NCBI GenBank assembly: GCA_963804955.1
Contig: CAWDSQ010000016.1
Location: forward strand, 1-64,000
DNA from: an uncultured delta proteobacterium
Lineage (GTDB): Bacteria > Desulfobacterota > WTBG01 > CAIYCZ01 > CAIRTM01
Reading direction: 5' to 3'
Length of the DNA: 64,000 bases
The notes under the pieces were generated by a model. That model was not told the origin of the DNA, ran no database searches, and worked only from the letters and a program-made list of their open reading frames with translations. The translations under genes and the position numbers were made by a program. Positions 9,239-19,802 of this stretch are shown piece by piece. Position 1 is the stretch's first letter, and each line of letters begins with the position of its first letter.

Positions 9239-11050
9239 TCATGCAAAAAGCTTGAGCTGCTTTTTTTTCGTTTTCTGCGGCGCCTGCCGCGACTGCCGGC
9301 GGCACTGCTCAGCGGGTATATCCCGGACAAAGCATGACGGCGCCATCTGCCGCCGCTCGCCAAAGAAAAAACGGCTGCGCGCATTGAGCACATAGAGACG
9401 GTCTCTGGCCCGTGTCATGCCCACATACATTAGCCTGCGCTCTTCCTCCTGATCACAGGCGAAGCTTCCGGCGCTGTCTGGCTCATACGGGAAAAGGCCC
9501 TGCTCCAGGCCGGTTATGAAGACCACCGGAAACTCAAGGCCCTTGGCGCTGTGGACGGTCATGAGCGTGACGGCTTCCCTCCGGGGTGTGCATATCTCCC
9601 CGTCATGCAGGAGCGCTATTTTCTGCAAAAAAAGCGGTATGCCCAGCCTGGCAGGCATGCCGGAGAAAGCCATTGACGCTGTCAGAAAAGCAAAGTAGTC
9701 ATCGCTTTTTTCCTCTGCCGCTCCGAACAGGCCGTCCCATATCTCGGCAATCAGCCGGTCAAGGTACAGCTCATCAACCTTCCGGATACACCGGTCTATC
9801 AGGTCTGCAGGGGCAGGCTTGGCTGCACGGGTTCTGTCGCCGGGTGGATTGGCAATACCTTCAAGCAGTTCCAGCACGGTTTGAATTGATGGTTCTTCAA
9901 AAACCGACTTTGTCGCAGCAATATCAACCGGTATCCCCCGGCTCTGCAAGGCCTTTTTCAGCAAACGGCCCTGCTGGTGCAGGCGATACAGCACGGCGAT
10001 ATCGCCAAAACCCTTCACGCACTCATCGCCATCATGGCCCAGGCTTTCAAAGCGCATGCCGCCCATGAGGCGCTCCACCTCGCGGCTGACAAAGGCGGCT
10101 TCGTCCTGATCAGTTGGCAGCTCGAGGATTTCAACCGGTGCTCCCGCGGGCCGCACCGCCCGCAGGGTTGTATCGATGCGCAGGCTGTTCTTTTCAATGA
10201 CAGCCTGCGCCGCAGCAAGTATCGTCGCGCTTGACCGGTAATTGTCCTCAAGATGCAGCACTGCCGCGCCGGGGAAATCGGTTTGAAAGCGCAGAAAAAT
10301 ATCCACCTGCGCACCCCGGAATCCGTAAATGGCCTGGTCGGCATCTCCGACGGCGCAGAGATTGGCCTGCTCCGGGCACAGGGCTTTTATTAATGCATAC
10401 TGGGCCGTATTGACATCCTGATACTCGTCTACGGAAATATGGCTGAGCCGGCTGCGAACTGCATCCCGGGCTTGAGGCGATGCGGCAAACAGCTCTACCG
10501 TTTTTAAAATCAGATCATCAAAATCAAGCAGGCCTCGAGCCTCCAGCAGCTCCTGATATGCTCTGCTCATGGGTGACAGGCCCCCGTACCGTGCCGGCCC
10601 GTTTTTTTCTCTGGTTATCTCCAGCTCCAGCTTTTTCCGTGAGCGGCTGCCGTCCTGCCCGCAGGCAGCGGCTGCTTGCTTAATAAGCGCAGCCCTGTCC
10701 GCAGGATTAATAAGACAGACATCTGCGGGGAGGCCGATATGCCGGCCATGCTGTTTCAGTATTTCATAGCAGAGGCCGTGAATGGTGCTGACCCGTATGG
10801 CCGACAGGTCAATGCCCGGCACCTGCATGGCCGCAAGCCTGCCGTGCATTTCCTCCGCGGCCTTAGCCGTGAAGGTGATGGCAAGCAGACGCGAGGGCTC
10901 GATGCCGGCACGCGCTGCCATATAGGCCAGCCGGAACACCAGCGTCCGGGTTTTGCCCGTGCCTGCGCCCGCAACAATAAGCAGCGGCCCGTCAACCGTC
11001 CGGACGGCTTTTTGCTGCGCCGGATTGAGGCTTGAAAAAAAATCCTGCAT
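9239..11050 (-). CDS. UvrD/PcrA-family SF1A DNA helicase
   Basis: AGAGTGKT, VDEYQD, GDADQAIYGFRGA, NYRS, TVHSAKGLEF, YVGMTRAR. Confidence 0.92.
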   Translation of the reverse strand: MQDFFSSLNPAQQKAVRTVDGPLLIVAGAGTGKTRTLVFRLAYMAARAGIEPSRLLAITFTAKAAEEMHGRLAAMQVPGIDLSAIRVSTIHGLCYEILKQHGRHIGLPADVCLINPADRAALIKQAAAACGQDGSRSRKKLELEITREKNGPARYGGLSPMSRAYQELLEARGLLDFDDLILKTVELFAASPQARDAVRSRLSHISVDEYQDVNTAQYALIKALCPEQANLCAVGDADQAIYGFRGAQVDIFLRFQTDFPGAAVLHLEDNYRSSATILAAAQAVIEKNSLRIDTTLRAVRPAGAPVEILELPTDQDEAAFVSREVERLMGGMRFESLGHDGDECVKGFGDIAVLYRLHQQGRLLKKALQSRGIPVDIAATKSVFEEPSIQTVLELLEGIANPPGDRTRAAKPAPADLIDRCIRKVDELYLDRLIAEIWDGLFGAAEEKSDDYFAFLTASMAFSGMPARLGIPLFLQKIALLHDGEICTPRREAVTLMTVHSAKGLEFPVVFITGLEQGLFPYEPDSAGSFACDQEEERRLMYVGMTRARDRLYVLNARSRFFFGERRQMAPSCFVRDIPAEQCRRQSRQAPQKTKKKQLKLFA

Positions 11051-11137
11051 ATGACTGTCTTGACAGAAAACGGCAACAGTGCCAGTGTAAAGAAAAACTG
11101 TATACTAAAAACAAGCTCAATTCAAACCAATACTGTT

Positions 11138-12856
11138 ATGCACGTACTGCTTATCTATCCGCCGCCCTGGAAAATCCCTGAGCCGGGCCAGCAGCCTGAC
11201 GAATCAGGCGGGGGGCCGCCGCCGGGCATCGACAGCGCAGCGCTTTTAAGCGGAGACATTCTCCACATTCCCTGCGGGCTTTTAAGCCTTGCGGCGCAGG
11301 CGCAGCGGGCAGGGCATACTGTCGAAATTTTGAACCTGTTTACCTTTGCCTGGGATCGCATCGTCGAGATTATCAAAACCAGGCGGGCCGATTTTTTCGG
11401 ACTTTCCTGTTTTACCTCAAACCGGCGCGGAACGCTCATGCTTGCCCGGCTCATCCGGGAGCTGTGCCCGCAGGCCCACATTGCCGTCGGGGGCCCGCAT
11501 GCCACAGCCCTTCCAGGCGACATGCTTGAACGATGCAGCGCCATTGACACAGTGGTGATCGGGGAGGGGGAGGCAACATTCGCACGCCTGCTCAGCGATA
11601 TTGAAAAAGGCATTCCACCCCTGGATATTCCCGGCACGGCGTATCGAAGCCGGGGCAGCGTTCTGCTTGCCCGGCCGCAGCCACGCATTGATGACCTTGA
11701 CCGGCTGGCCCCTGCCTGCGACTTTGCCCCCGACCATATCATCATAACCTCGCGCGGCTGCCCGTGGGACTGCTCATTCTGCGCATCAACCTGCCTCTGG
11801 GGAAAAAAGGTCCGCTCTTTTTCGCCTGATTATGTGTTAGAAATGCTGGGTGTTCTTGTCAGCCGCTGCGGGCATAAGGCTCTGGCCTTCAAGGATGAAA
11901 CCTTTACCCTGGACCGGCGCCGCGTACGTGCAGTCTGCCGGGGCATACTGGAGAGGGGCCTCAACTTTTTGTGGAGCTGCGATACGCGGGCTGACTCCCT
12001 TGATGAAGAGACACTTGTTGCCATGCGCCGCGCAGGCTGCGTGCGCATAAGCATGGGTGTTGAGTCGGCGGCAGCGCCGGTGCTGCGCGGCATGGGCAAG
12101 GGCATTGCGCCGGCCGATGTGCGCTCTGCGGTTGCAGCGGCCCGGCAGCTCGGCTTCCAAATCCGCCTGTACATGATTGCGGGCGCCCCCGGTGAAACCA
12201 GGTCGACGCTTGAAGAGAGCATCGCCTTTATCAGGCAGGTGCAGCCGACCGAGGTTATCTGGAACCCCCATACACTTTTCCCGGGCACGCGCGATTTCAG
12301 TCAAATGAGGCAGGGAGGCGAGGCTGACGCGGAGCGTTATTTCACGGATGATTTTTTCGAATGGACGCCGATGCTTGACCGAAGCGATGATCCTGACATG
12401 CGCTTCTGCATCGACTGGCTGCGGCGGCATCAGGGTCTGCAGCAGGTGCGCCCCTACACGGCAGCGCAGCGGCAGGAGGTTCTTGAGCGCCTGCCGGGCC
12501 TGCATGCCGCGCATCTTGATCTTGCCGCTGCCTGCTTCGCCGAAGGAGACATGGCAGGGGCCGGCGCCGCCGTAGAGCAGGCTCTGCAGCTCGGCTATCC
12601 GCTGCCCGGCCTGTGCTGCAATCTGCGGGCCTGCCTTGCAGCGGCCGCAGGGGATATACAAACCGCGCTTGAAGAGCTGATCGCCGCAAAAGGCCATGGG
12701 CTGCATGCGGTAGTCGAGCGCAATATCGCGGCGGCGCAGCGCTGGATCAGAGTTGGCGGCCCCGACAGCGGCATGCCCCTCATCCTTGACCCGGACTGCT
12801 CCTTTGAAATAACCCGGAAGCTTGTGCAGCCTGTCATGCCGGGCCCCATTGCCTGA
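11138..12856 (+). CDS. Cobalamin-binding radical SAM protein with C-terminal helical/TPR-like extension
   Basis: B12-binding motifs (GGPHAT, GEGE); TSRGCPWDCSFC; DETFT; GVES. Confidence 0.88.
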   Translation: MHVLLIYPPPWKIPEPGQQPDESGGGPPPGIDSAALLSGDILHIPCGLLSLAAQAQRAGHTVEILNLFTFAWDRIVEIIKTRRADFFGLSCFTSNRRGTLMLARLIRELCPQAHIAVGGPHATALPGDMLERCSAIDTVVIGEGEATFARLLSDIEKGIPPLDIPGTAYRSRGSVLLARPQPRIDDLDRLAPACDFAPDHIIITSRGCPWDCSFCASTCLWGKKVRSFSPDYVLEMLGVLVSRCGHKALAFKDETFTLDRRRVRAVCRGILERGLNFLWSCDTRADSLDEETLVAMRRAGCVRISMGVESAAAPVLRGMGKGIAPADVRSAVAAARQLGFQIRLYMIAGAPGETRSTLEESIAFIRQVQPTEVIWNPHTLFPGTRDFSQMRQGGEADAERYFTDDFFEWTPMLDRSDDPDMRFCIDWLRRHQGLQQVRPYTAAQRQEVLERLPGLHAAHLDLAAACFAEGDMAGAGAAVEQALQLGYPLPGLCCNLRACLAAAAGDIQTALEELIAAKGHGLHAVVERNIAAAQRWIRVGGPDSGMPLILDPDCSFEITRKLVQPVMPGPIA

Positions 12857-12979
12857 ATGGCATTGAATCAGTCCGCGTCTTATGCGATAATGTCTTAATT
12901 TTTTAGAATAAAACTGAGCCTGCGCGCGCACTGCGCCGGGAATATCATTACCTGTACTTCCAAATGCGGAAAACATCCG

Positions 12980-14695
12980 ATGGCTACAAGAAAAAACTGG
13001 AAACTGTTTGCGGGCATACTGCTGTTCGCCTGCATCTACGCGGGTGAGCTGGCTTATGTTTTTTCCCTAACGCCCGATCCCTGCGAGGATGCCTATATAA
13101 CCTTCCGCTTCTCCAAAAACCTGGCCGATGGCAATGGCCCCGTTTTCAACCCGGGCGAGCGTGTGGAGGGCTATTCAAACCCCCTCTGGATGTTCTCCAT
13201 CGCCATGGCCCGCAAGCTCGGCCTGGACATGGTGAGCTACAGCCGCGCGGCAGGAGTGCTGTTTAATACGCTTGCGCTGCTGCTGGTGTGGTATATTCCC
13301 TGGCGATGGTTCACCATACGGGGCCCCACGTCACTGGCTGGACCGGTTCTCTACCTGCTCAGCCTGCCGCTGCAATTCTATGCGGCATCAGGCCTTGAAA
13401 CCTCGCTCTATACCTTTCTGGTTATCGCAAGCGCGGCTGCCATCATGTGGGCCGGCGTCTCTGCCGGCCGCTGCACAGCCGCCTTCTTTGTGCTTCTCCT
13501 CACCGCCCTCACCCGGCCCGAGGGCGTCATCTTCTGCGCTTTCTACTGCCTGTGGCTCGGCTGGCGCTTCCTGGTTAAGAAAGAATCCCTGAAGCCCTAT
13601 CTGCCGGGCATCATACTGTTTGCGCTCCTCTACGTGGCTTTTTTTGCCTGGCGCCTGAGCTACTACGGCATGCCCTTGCCCAATACCTACTATGCCAAGG
13701 GATCGTTTCCCCTGTATGTGCGGGGCCTGATCGGCTTTTTCATAAACCGCGGTTTTTTCACCAACTACACCTGGTATCTCTTTCTGCTGCCGTTTTTCTT
13801 TTTCGTAAAAATCACCGATGTGCGGCGTGCGCTGCCGCCCCTGTATCTGTTCATAGCCGCTGGCTTTGTCTTCAGCCTCGGCTTCTCCAGCTGGGACTGG
13901 ATGCCCTATTTCCGCTATAACCTGCCCTTAGTGCCCCTCATGATCGTCTGCTGCCAGCTGCTTTTTGCCGAGCTCTGGCGGGCCTGGGCGCCGACGACAG
14001 GCAAAAAGCTGCTCTGGGCGGCACTGACGGCCTGCATACTGCTGGTAGCCGGCGAGCAGTTCTGGAAGGATCTTGCCTTTAATTCTCGCTGGCGCGATTT
14101 AGGGGCGTTTGCCCGCTTTAACCAGAGAGCCATGGGAGACTGGATCCGCTGCGAGCTCGGCACAAAGCCCGTCATAGCCATCGGCGATGTGGGGTATTTA
14201 GCCTATATTTCGCAGGCCACCATCATTGACCTGTACGGCCTTACCAACCGTGGTTTTGCCGAAATCAAAACCCGCTATGGCTCGCCTGACATATCCTTTC
14301 TGCCGCCATCGGTCAGCTTCGCGACATTCAAAAAAAAGGAGCTCGAGCTGCTCCTGAACCAGGCGCCGGATTATGTCTTTCTCTACACCTCGCGACTCAA
14401 AATTTCGGACACGTATCCCGCCAGCGCTGCGGGCATTACCGAAGATCCCGCGTTCCAAGATACGTATGAATACATGACCTCGTTTCCCGTCATCCCCGAC
14501 TTCACCAGCGAGGCCTGGCCGCGCTCCATTCACACCATTGATGTTTCCGATCTTTCAACCGGCATGATCGCCTGGATGCGAACGGGCTGGGGATATACCG
14601 TCTATATACGCAAAAACAGCCCCTATCCCCGCTTCTCTATTGAACTCGGGCCGGACGAAAAAATTAAAAATATAACGGCTGTCAAAAAGCCCTGA
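12980..14695 (+). CDS. Multi-pass membrane GT-C-type glycosyltransferase-like protein
   Basis: EDAYITFRFSKNL, ERVEGYSNPLW, SGLET, TRPEG, PNTYYAK, IDLYGL motifs; many TM segments. Confidence 0.7.
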   Translation: MATRKNWKLFAGILLFACIYAGELAYVFSLTPDPCEDAYITFRFSKNLADGNGPVFNPGERVEGYSNPLWMFSIAMARKLGLDMVSYSRAAGVLFNTLALLLVWYIPWRWFTIRGPTSLAGPVLYLLSLPLQFYAASGLETSLYTFLVIASAAAIMWAGVSAGRCTAAFFVLLLTALTRPEGVIFCAFYCLWLGWRFLVKKESLKPYLPGIILFALLYVAFFAWRLSYYGMPLPNTYYAKGSFPLYVRGLIGFFINRGFFTNYTWYLFLLPFFFFVKITDVRRALPPLYLFIAAGFVFSLGFSSWDWMPYFRYNLPLVPLMIVCCQLLFAELWRAWAPTTGKKLLWAALTACILLVAGEQFWKDLAFNSRWRDLGAFARFNQRAMGDWIRCELGTKPVIAIGDVGYLAYISQATIIDLYGLTNRGFAEIKTRYGSPDISFLPPSVSFATFKKKELELLLNQAPDYVFLYTSRLKISDTYPASAAGITEDPAFQDTYEYMTSFPVIPDFTSEAWPRSIHTIDVSDLSTGMIAWMRTGWGYTVYIRKNSPYPRFSIELGPDEKIKNITAVKKP

Positions 14696-14919
14696 GCTGT
14701 GCCGCGATATAACAGGCCGGCAGAGAACTCTTCAATGCTGATGTGCACTATCTTGTGGCGCGGCTCGTGGTCTGATATCCAGGGGTATATCAAATTCGCC
14801 AGGCTGTTTTCATGCGCACCCTTCACGGCACTCTGTCTGTAGTTCGACTGTATGTATGCGTTGGAGGGAAGGGCGGCAAAAAAGCTGCCGTGTCGGGACG
14901 AATAATAACGGTTTTTTAA

Positions 14920-15535
14920 ATGATTAATTTCTCTATCGCACTGTTTGCTCTCGGCTCATATCTTCTTGGGGCCATACCGACCGGGCTGGTGCTGGCCCGG
15001 CTGTTTTCTGCGACCGATATCCGCACCGGGGGCAGCGGCAATATCGGCGCCACCAATGTAACACGCCTGCTGGGCAGAAAATTCGGGTTGCTAACGCTTC
15101 TTGGCGACATGCTCAAAGGGTTTCTCCCTGTCTATATCGGGTCTCTGCTTTTCCCTGATGCCGGCGGCGGCACGGACTATATGACTGCTCAGCATCTTCG
15201 GCCTTGCAGCATTTCTGGGGCATCTGTTTCCGGTGTATCTCACATTCAGAGGCGGCAGGGGCGTGGCAACCGGCTTCGGCGTTTTTGCCTATCTTGCGCC
15301 GGCGCCGCTGGTGCTGGTGCTGGTGCTGTTTGTCATAATTGTCGCGGTTTCAAGATATGTGTCCCTCGGCTCCCTCAGCGCAGTCGTGGTCCTGCCCCTG
15401 CTTCTCATTGCCTACAGCTATCCCCTGCCGGTGGTGGTGACAGGTATCGTCATGGGCCTTCTGGTCTTCATCAGGCACAAAGATAATATTCAACGTCTGC
15501 TGCAGGGCACTGAAAACAAACAGGGTGCTTCTTAA
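14920..15535 (+). CDS. plsY: Glycerol-3-phosphate acyltransferase PlsY (frameshift near 15190-15230)
   Basis: YLLGAIP, GSGNIGATNVTR, GGRGVAT, RYVSLGS, RHKDNIQRL. Confidence 0.93.
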
Positions 15536-15712
15536 AAACGAAGGGCCGGTTTATAAAACCAGCCTGTTGTTTATAAGCTCTTTTTTACTCCCCGTATCTT
15601 CAACCCCCTAAACCACAGCCCTTTCACTCCCGGGGTTTTATAAACGGCTGCGCGCGACAGCGCTGAAAGAGATGCCCCTCCTGCCCGGGCGATGGCTGAT
15701 TGATCATCCCCC

Positions 15713-18605
15713 TCACTTCAGCTTGAACTCAACGCAGCAGCCTGCAGGGCCTTTGCCTGAATCAAGGCGTGAGTCGATGATAAAAAGCCGCTCTGGCGGC
15801 ACTTTGGCAGTTTCGGTCAAATACTGCTTCACGGCCAGGCCGCGCTGCTGCAGCAGATCCTTCATGTCCTCATCATCAACCTGCATATGCTCAGCCATGA
15901 GCTTTTTCATCTCCTCGGCAGGCAATTTTTTGGTCAGGCCGAGAACAGTCTGCTTTGGAATCTTTTCTGCTTTATATGCCTGCCACAGATAATCTTCATA
16001 TTCGCCTGATGTGATCACGACCCTCTCCGGCGTCAGGCCTTCTCTTTCCTTTTTGGAAAGGTCGTTAAATTTCAGCGCCCGCATCCTCCGCATGACCATC
16101 TCCTGCCTCAGGCCCTCGAGGTCTGCCTCGGCGTCGGCAGCAGCCTGTATTTCAAGGCTCAGATCGGTTTTTTCGGCAAGGAGCCCGGCAACGGCATCAA
16201 GCTTTTTTATTGCCTCGTCGCTCACCTCGGCAGTGCCGCAGGTGAACGGTATATTGCTTATATCCGCGCCGCCCGGGATCAGCGCGCCGACAAGGGCAAA
16301 AGGAGATGTTGCGGCTTTTTCAAGCAGGTTCACCAGCACCTGTAGAATAACCTTGCCCACCTTGAAGCTCGGGTCGTCAAGGCTGCCCGGACACGGGCAG
16401 GTCAAGGTGTATCTCGCCCTTGCGGTCTTTCAGAAGCGATATGGCAAGCCCCACGGGCAGGCTTGTGGCGTCCTTGCTGGTAACGCTTTTGCCGAGCGTA
16501 AACTGGTCGAGAAACACCTTGTTCTGCGAAGTCAGCTTGTTGTCCTTTATCGTATACGTCAGCTCAAGGGAGAGCCTGCCCTTTTCCACCATGCGGCCGA
16601 TGAATTTACCTGAATAGGGAGAAAACGGGCTCAGGTCGATATTGTCGAAATTGACCTTAATATCTGCCGACAGCTTTTCACTCAGCGGGCTTATCGTGCC
16701 GGTGACCTTAAAAGGAGCATACCGGTTGAGCTTGGCGGTCATGCTGGATATCGGCCTGCGAGTCGGGCTTTGTCGAGATGCCCGTGATGCGGCCTTGAAT
16801 GTCGGCAAGGTCGGCGCTGTAGCGGGGCTTGATGCTTTTATCCGTAAACTGCATGCGGCCCTTTTCAAGAACAAGGCTGCCGATGTTCACATTGGGAAGA
16901 GGCTCCTTTTTAGATGGTGCAGGAGCGGGCTGAGGTGCCGGCGCTTCAGGCTCAACGCTCAAAGAGGTTAGATTCACCGTGCCATCGGCCTGCAACGACA
17001 GGCCGCATAAAAAGTCCTGCAATTTTGACGGTTTTTATATCAAGAAACAATGGGCTTGTGCCGGTGCGCATTGACTGAAGGTCCAGGGATGAACATTTCA
17101 GCAAATCCTCTTTGTCTCCCCTGCGCACTGAGGCAAAGTTTGCAAGGCGTATGTCGCCCTGCCACAGAATAGCCGGGGCAGCATCCTTCACCTGCTTGAA
17201 TTCAACACTACCCTTGAGCCCGAGGGTGCCACTGGTAAGGTCAAGCAGCAGCGTTTCGGGCATATAGCTCTGAGCAAACCTGATATCAAGATTTGTAAGA
17301 TCAATGTTCATGTTTGCCGCCAGCGGTTCGATCGTGAATGGTCCCTTCAGGCCCAGGGCGCTTTCGCCGTTTATGCGGCAGGCAAAGTCGACCTCGGCGC
17401 TCGCCTTCGGGACTGTTGAGATATTGGAAAGAGTAAAATCAATAGGATCGATGCGAAACTGCGCCGGCAGGGCAGGAAGCTTATCATCAAATAAAACAGC
17501 CCCTCCTGCAAATTTGAACTTTTTGACCTGCACCGTCCAGGGAGGAACCTGCGCAGGCTCCTGCTGAGCCGGAGCGGGTGTTACCTCCGGTTTGATTATC
17601 TGTGCCCACGAGCTTTTGCAGCGAGATGCTGCCGTCCTTTTCCCGGGCAAGAGCCAAGCTCAAACCTTCCACGGCAATTTCATCAATGCCGACCTGTCGG
17701 CGGTTTATTGTGCTGTCGATACCGGAAACGGTAAGAGATGGAAGCTTGAGTATGGGTTTATCATCAAGGCTGACGATTTCAAGCTCTGCCAGCCCCAGCT
17801 TCCCCTGCACTTTCACTTCAGCGGACTTTTGAGCGCTCTGTATATAGTTTATCACCAGGCGCGTGCTCAGGCGGCCCGAAGGCATTTTGAAATTCAATGT
17901 TGCCGGCACATAGGGCAGATACTTTGCCAGGCTCAAGTCGGTAATGTTTATGTCGGCACTTGTTTCCAGAGAGTCGGCAAAAGGCTTGGTCTGGCCGGTC
18001 ATTTTAAAGGGCTTGCCATTGATTGTGGCGGAAAACGAAGGCTGCACAAAAACATCAACCTGATGCTTAAAATTGGAGACCAGCGGCAGCCCAAGATCAA
18101 GTGACCGTACCCAGTGGCTGGCCTTTTTGGGACGGTCGTCAAACTCGACCGTGCCGCCCGTTATCCGTATATTGGCAACGGAAAACAGCACGGGCTTTGA
18201 CGGCTGCGCGTCGGGCTTCTTTTCCTCACCCGTGAGCAGGTCTGAAAAATTGTAGCTGTTTGCCTCTGTGCGGACAATGCGCACAGAAGGGTTTACCAGG
18301 GTGACTTCGCTGAGGTCGATTCCTCCCTCGTATACGGAAGCGATTTCGGCATTGACCAGCAGGCTGTCAAAGGAGACAAAACCTGTGCTGTTATCCGGCT
18401 CCCGGATCGCAAGCCCCTGCACGGTCAGGCACAGTTTGAACGGATTAAAGCTTACCGCCTGCACGGTCACCGGCCGGTGCAGATTTTTTGAAAGCTGCGA
18501 GGCAAGCACCGCTTTGAGGATCGCCGGCAGCCCGAAGGCGAAAAAGACTGCCAAAACAAGGACTGAAGCTGTTATATACACGAGATATTTTATTGGTCGG
18601 CGCAT
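15713..18605 (-). CDS. DUF748 domain protein with OmpA-like C-terminus (about 4 apparent frameshifts)
   Basis: Five consecutive overlapping ORF pieces: N-terminal TM, repeated DUF748-like beta segments, LPVGLAISLLKDRKGEIHLDLPV, GSLDDP, SPFAL. Confidence 0.8.
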
Positions 18606-18799
18606 GGGCGATCTCCTTTTGATGAAAAAACCGGTGAAGCATGCGGCCCGTGCCCGGAGCAGCCGGTCACAGGTACACTCCCTGCCGAATAGGTATGGCA
18701 TACTTCCCGGAACGAAACCCTGCCGGGTTACGCCTGTTTCAGCGAATCCTTTGTTTATTGTAGCATATGCAGGAAGAAAAAATCAGCACGGCTGCCGTT

Positions 18800-19738
18800 T
18801 CATGGCCCGTCCTTCTGCAAAAGACTGCCGGGCCGGCGTTTGATAACCCGCTTGCCGCACCCGGCCTGCGCCAGCAGAGCGGCCATGTGTGTATGCAGCA
18901 CCGGGTGCTCAAAAGCGGGGGCAATTTCGGTAAGCGGTTCAAGAACAAAGGCCCGCTCATGCAGGCGCGGATGCGGCACGGTTATGTTCTCTGTTGCCAT
19001 GACGGCAGAGCCGTATAAAAGAATATCCACATCTATCGTGCGCGGACCATTGGTGACAGCACGCTGCCGTCCCAGGTCGGCTTCAATATCCTGCAGGCGC
19101 TCAAGCAGCACCTCCGGGAACAGCCGCGTCGCGCCCTGTATAACCATATTAAGAAACCAGTCCTGTGCTTCATAGCCTACGGGCTCGGTTTCATACACCG
19201 ATGATACAGCCTGAATGGGCATCAACTTCTCAATCCGTGCAAGCGCTTTTTTCAACAGCTCTTCGCGGTTGCCCATATTCGAGCCAAGACCGATAAATAC
19301 GGTCTGCTCGGGGTGAAACCGCTTAAAATAGTCCTGAATGATCTCCCGGCAGTTGAAGGCAAAAGGCGCCGAGTCTAAATCCGCACAGGAAAAAAATCCG
19401 GCGCGCTGGCCCTCGTATACCTGCAGGCCGTCAAGGCGCAGGCCGGGATCAACGCAGCGGAACATGAAAACATCATAACCGTCGCAGTGAAATATGCCGT
19501 ACTGCTCGGGCCTGTCTGGCCGGTAGCCCAGTTCCTCTTCTATCTCGCGCATGATCGCTGCTTCAGGCAGCTCACCCTCTTCAATCTGCCCGCCGAAGGT
19601 GCCCCAGCAATTGGGGTAGGGAATTTCTGGCTTATTGTCACGCAGCTGCAGCAGCACCTCACCGCGGCCGTTTTCAATCAGAAGGCCGCACTGTGGGCGT
19701 TTCTTAAAGCGCAGGGGGTTTTTTTCTACTGGAGCCAT
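18800..19738 (-). CDS. folK: NUDIX hydrolase-FolK (HPPK) fusion protein
   Basis: Nudix box GGQIEEGELPEAAIMREIEEELG; HPPK motifs IGLGSNMG, FLNMV, GPRTIDVDIL, PHPRLHERAFV. Confidence 0.88.
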   Translation of the reverse strand: MAPVEKNPLRFKKRPQCGLLIENGRGEVLLQLRDNKPEIPYPNCWGTFGGQIEEGELPEAAIMREIEEELGYRPDRPEQYGIFHCDGYDVFMFRCVDPGLRLDGLQVYEGQRAGFFSCADLDSAPFAFNCREIIQDYFKRFHPEQTVFIGLGSNMGNREELLKKALARIEKLMPIQAVSSVYETEPVGYEAQDWFLNMVIQGATRLFPEVLLERLQDIEADLGRQRAVTNGPRTIDVDILLYGSAVMATENITVPHPRLHERAFVLEPLTEIAPAFEHPVLHTHMAALLAQAGCGKRVIKRRPGSLLQKDGP

Positions 19739-19802
19739 AATTTTCCGTAATGCAAAGAGCCGCCAGGGCGGCCGCGGCTCTTTATAATTGTCATATCCAC
19801 TG

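Noticed and set aside
11837..12976. Long antisense ORFs (e.g. 11837..12976 -, 36800..37900 +, 58937..59953 +)
   Set aside because: These are shadows of well-supported genes on the opposite strand in GC-rich DNA and show no motifs
15713..18605. Five separate genes or a pseudogene at DUF748
   Set aside because: The pieces overlap and join into one collinear protein, consistent with assembly indels
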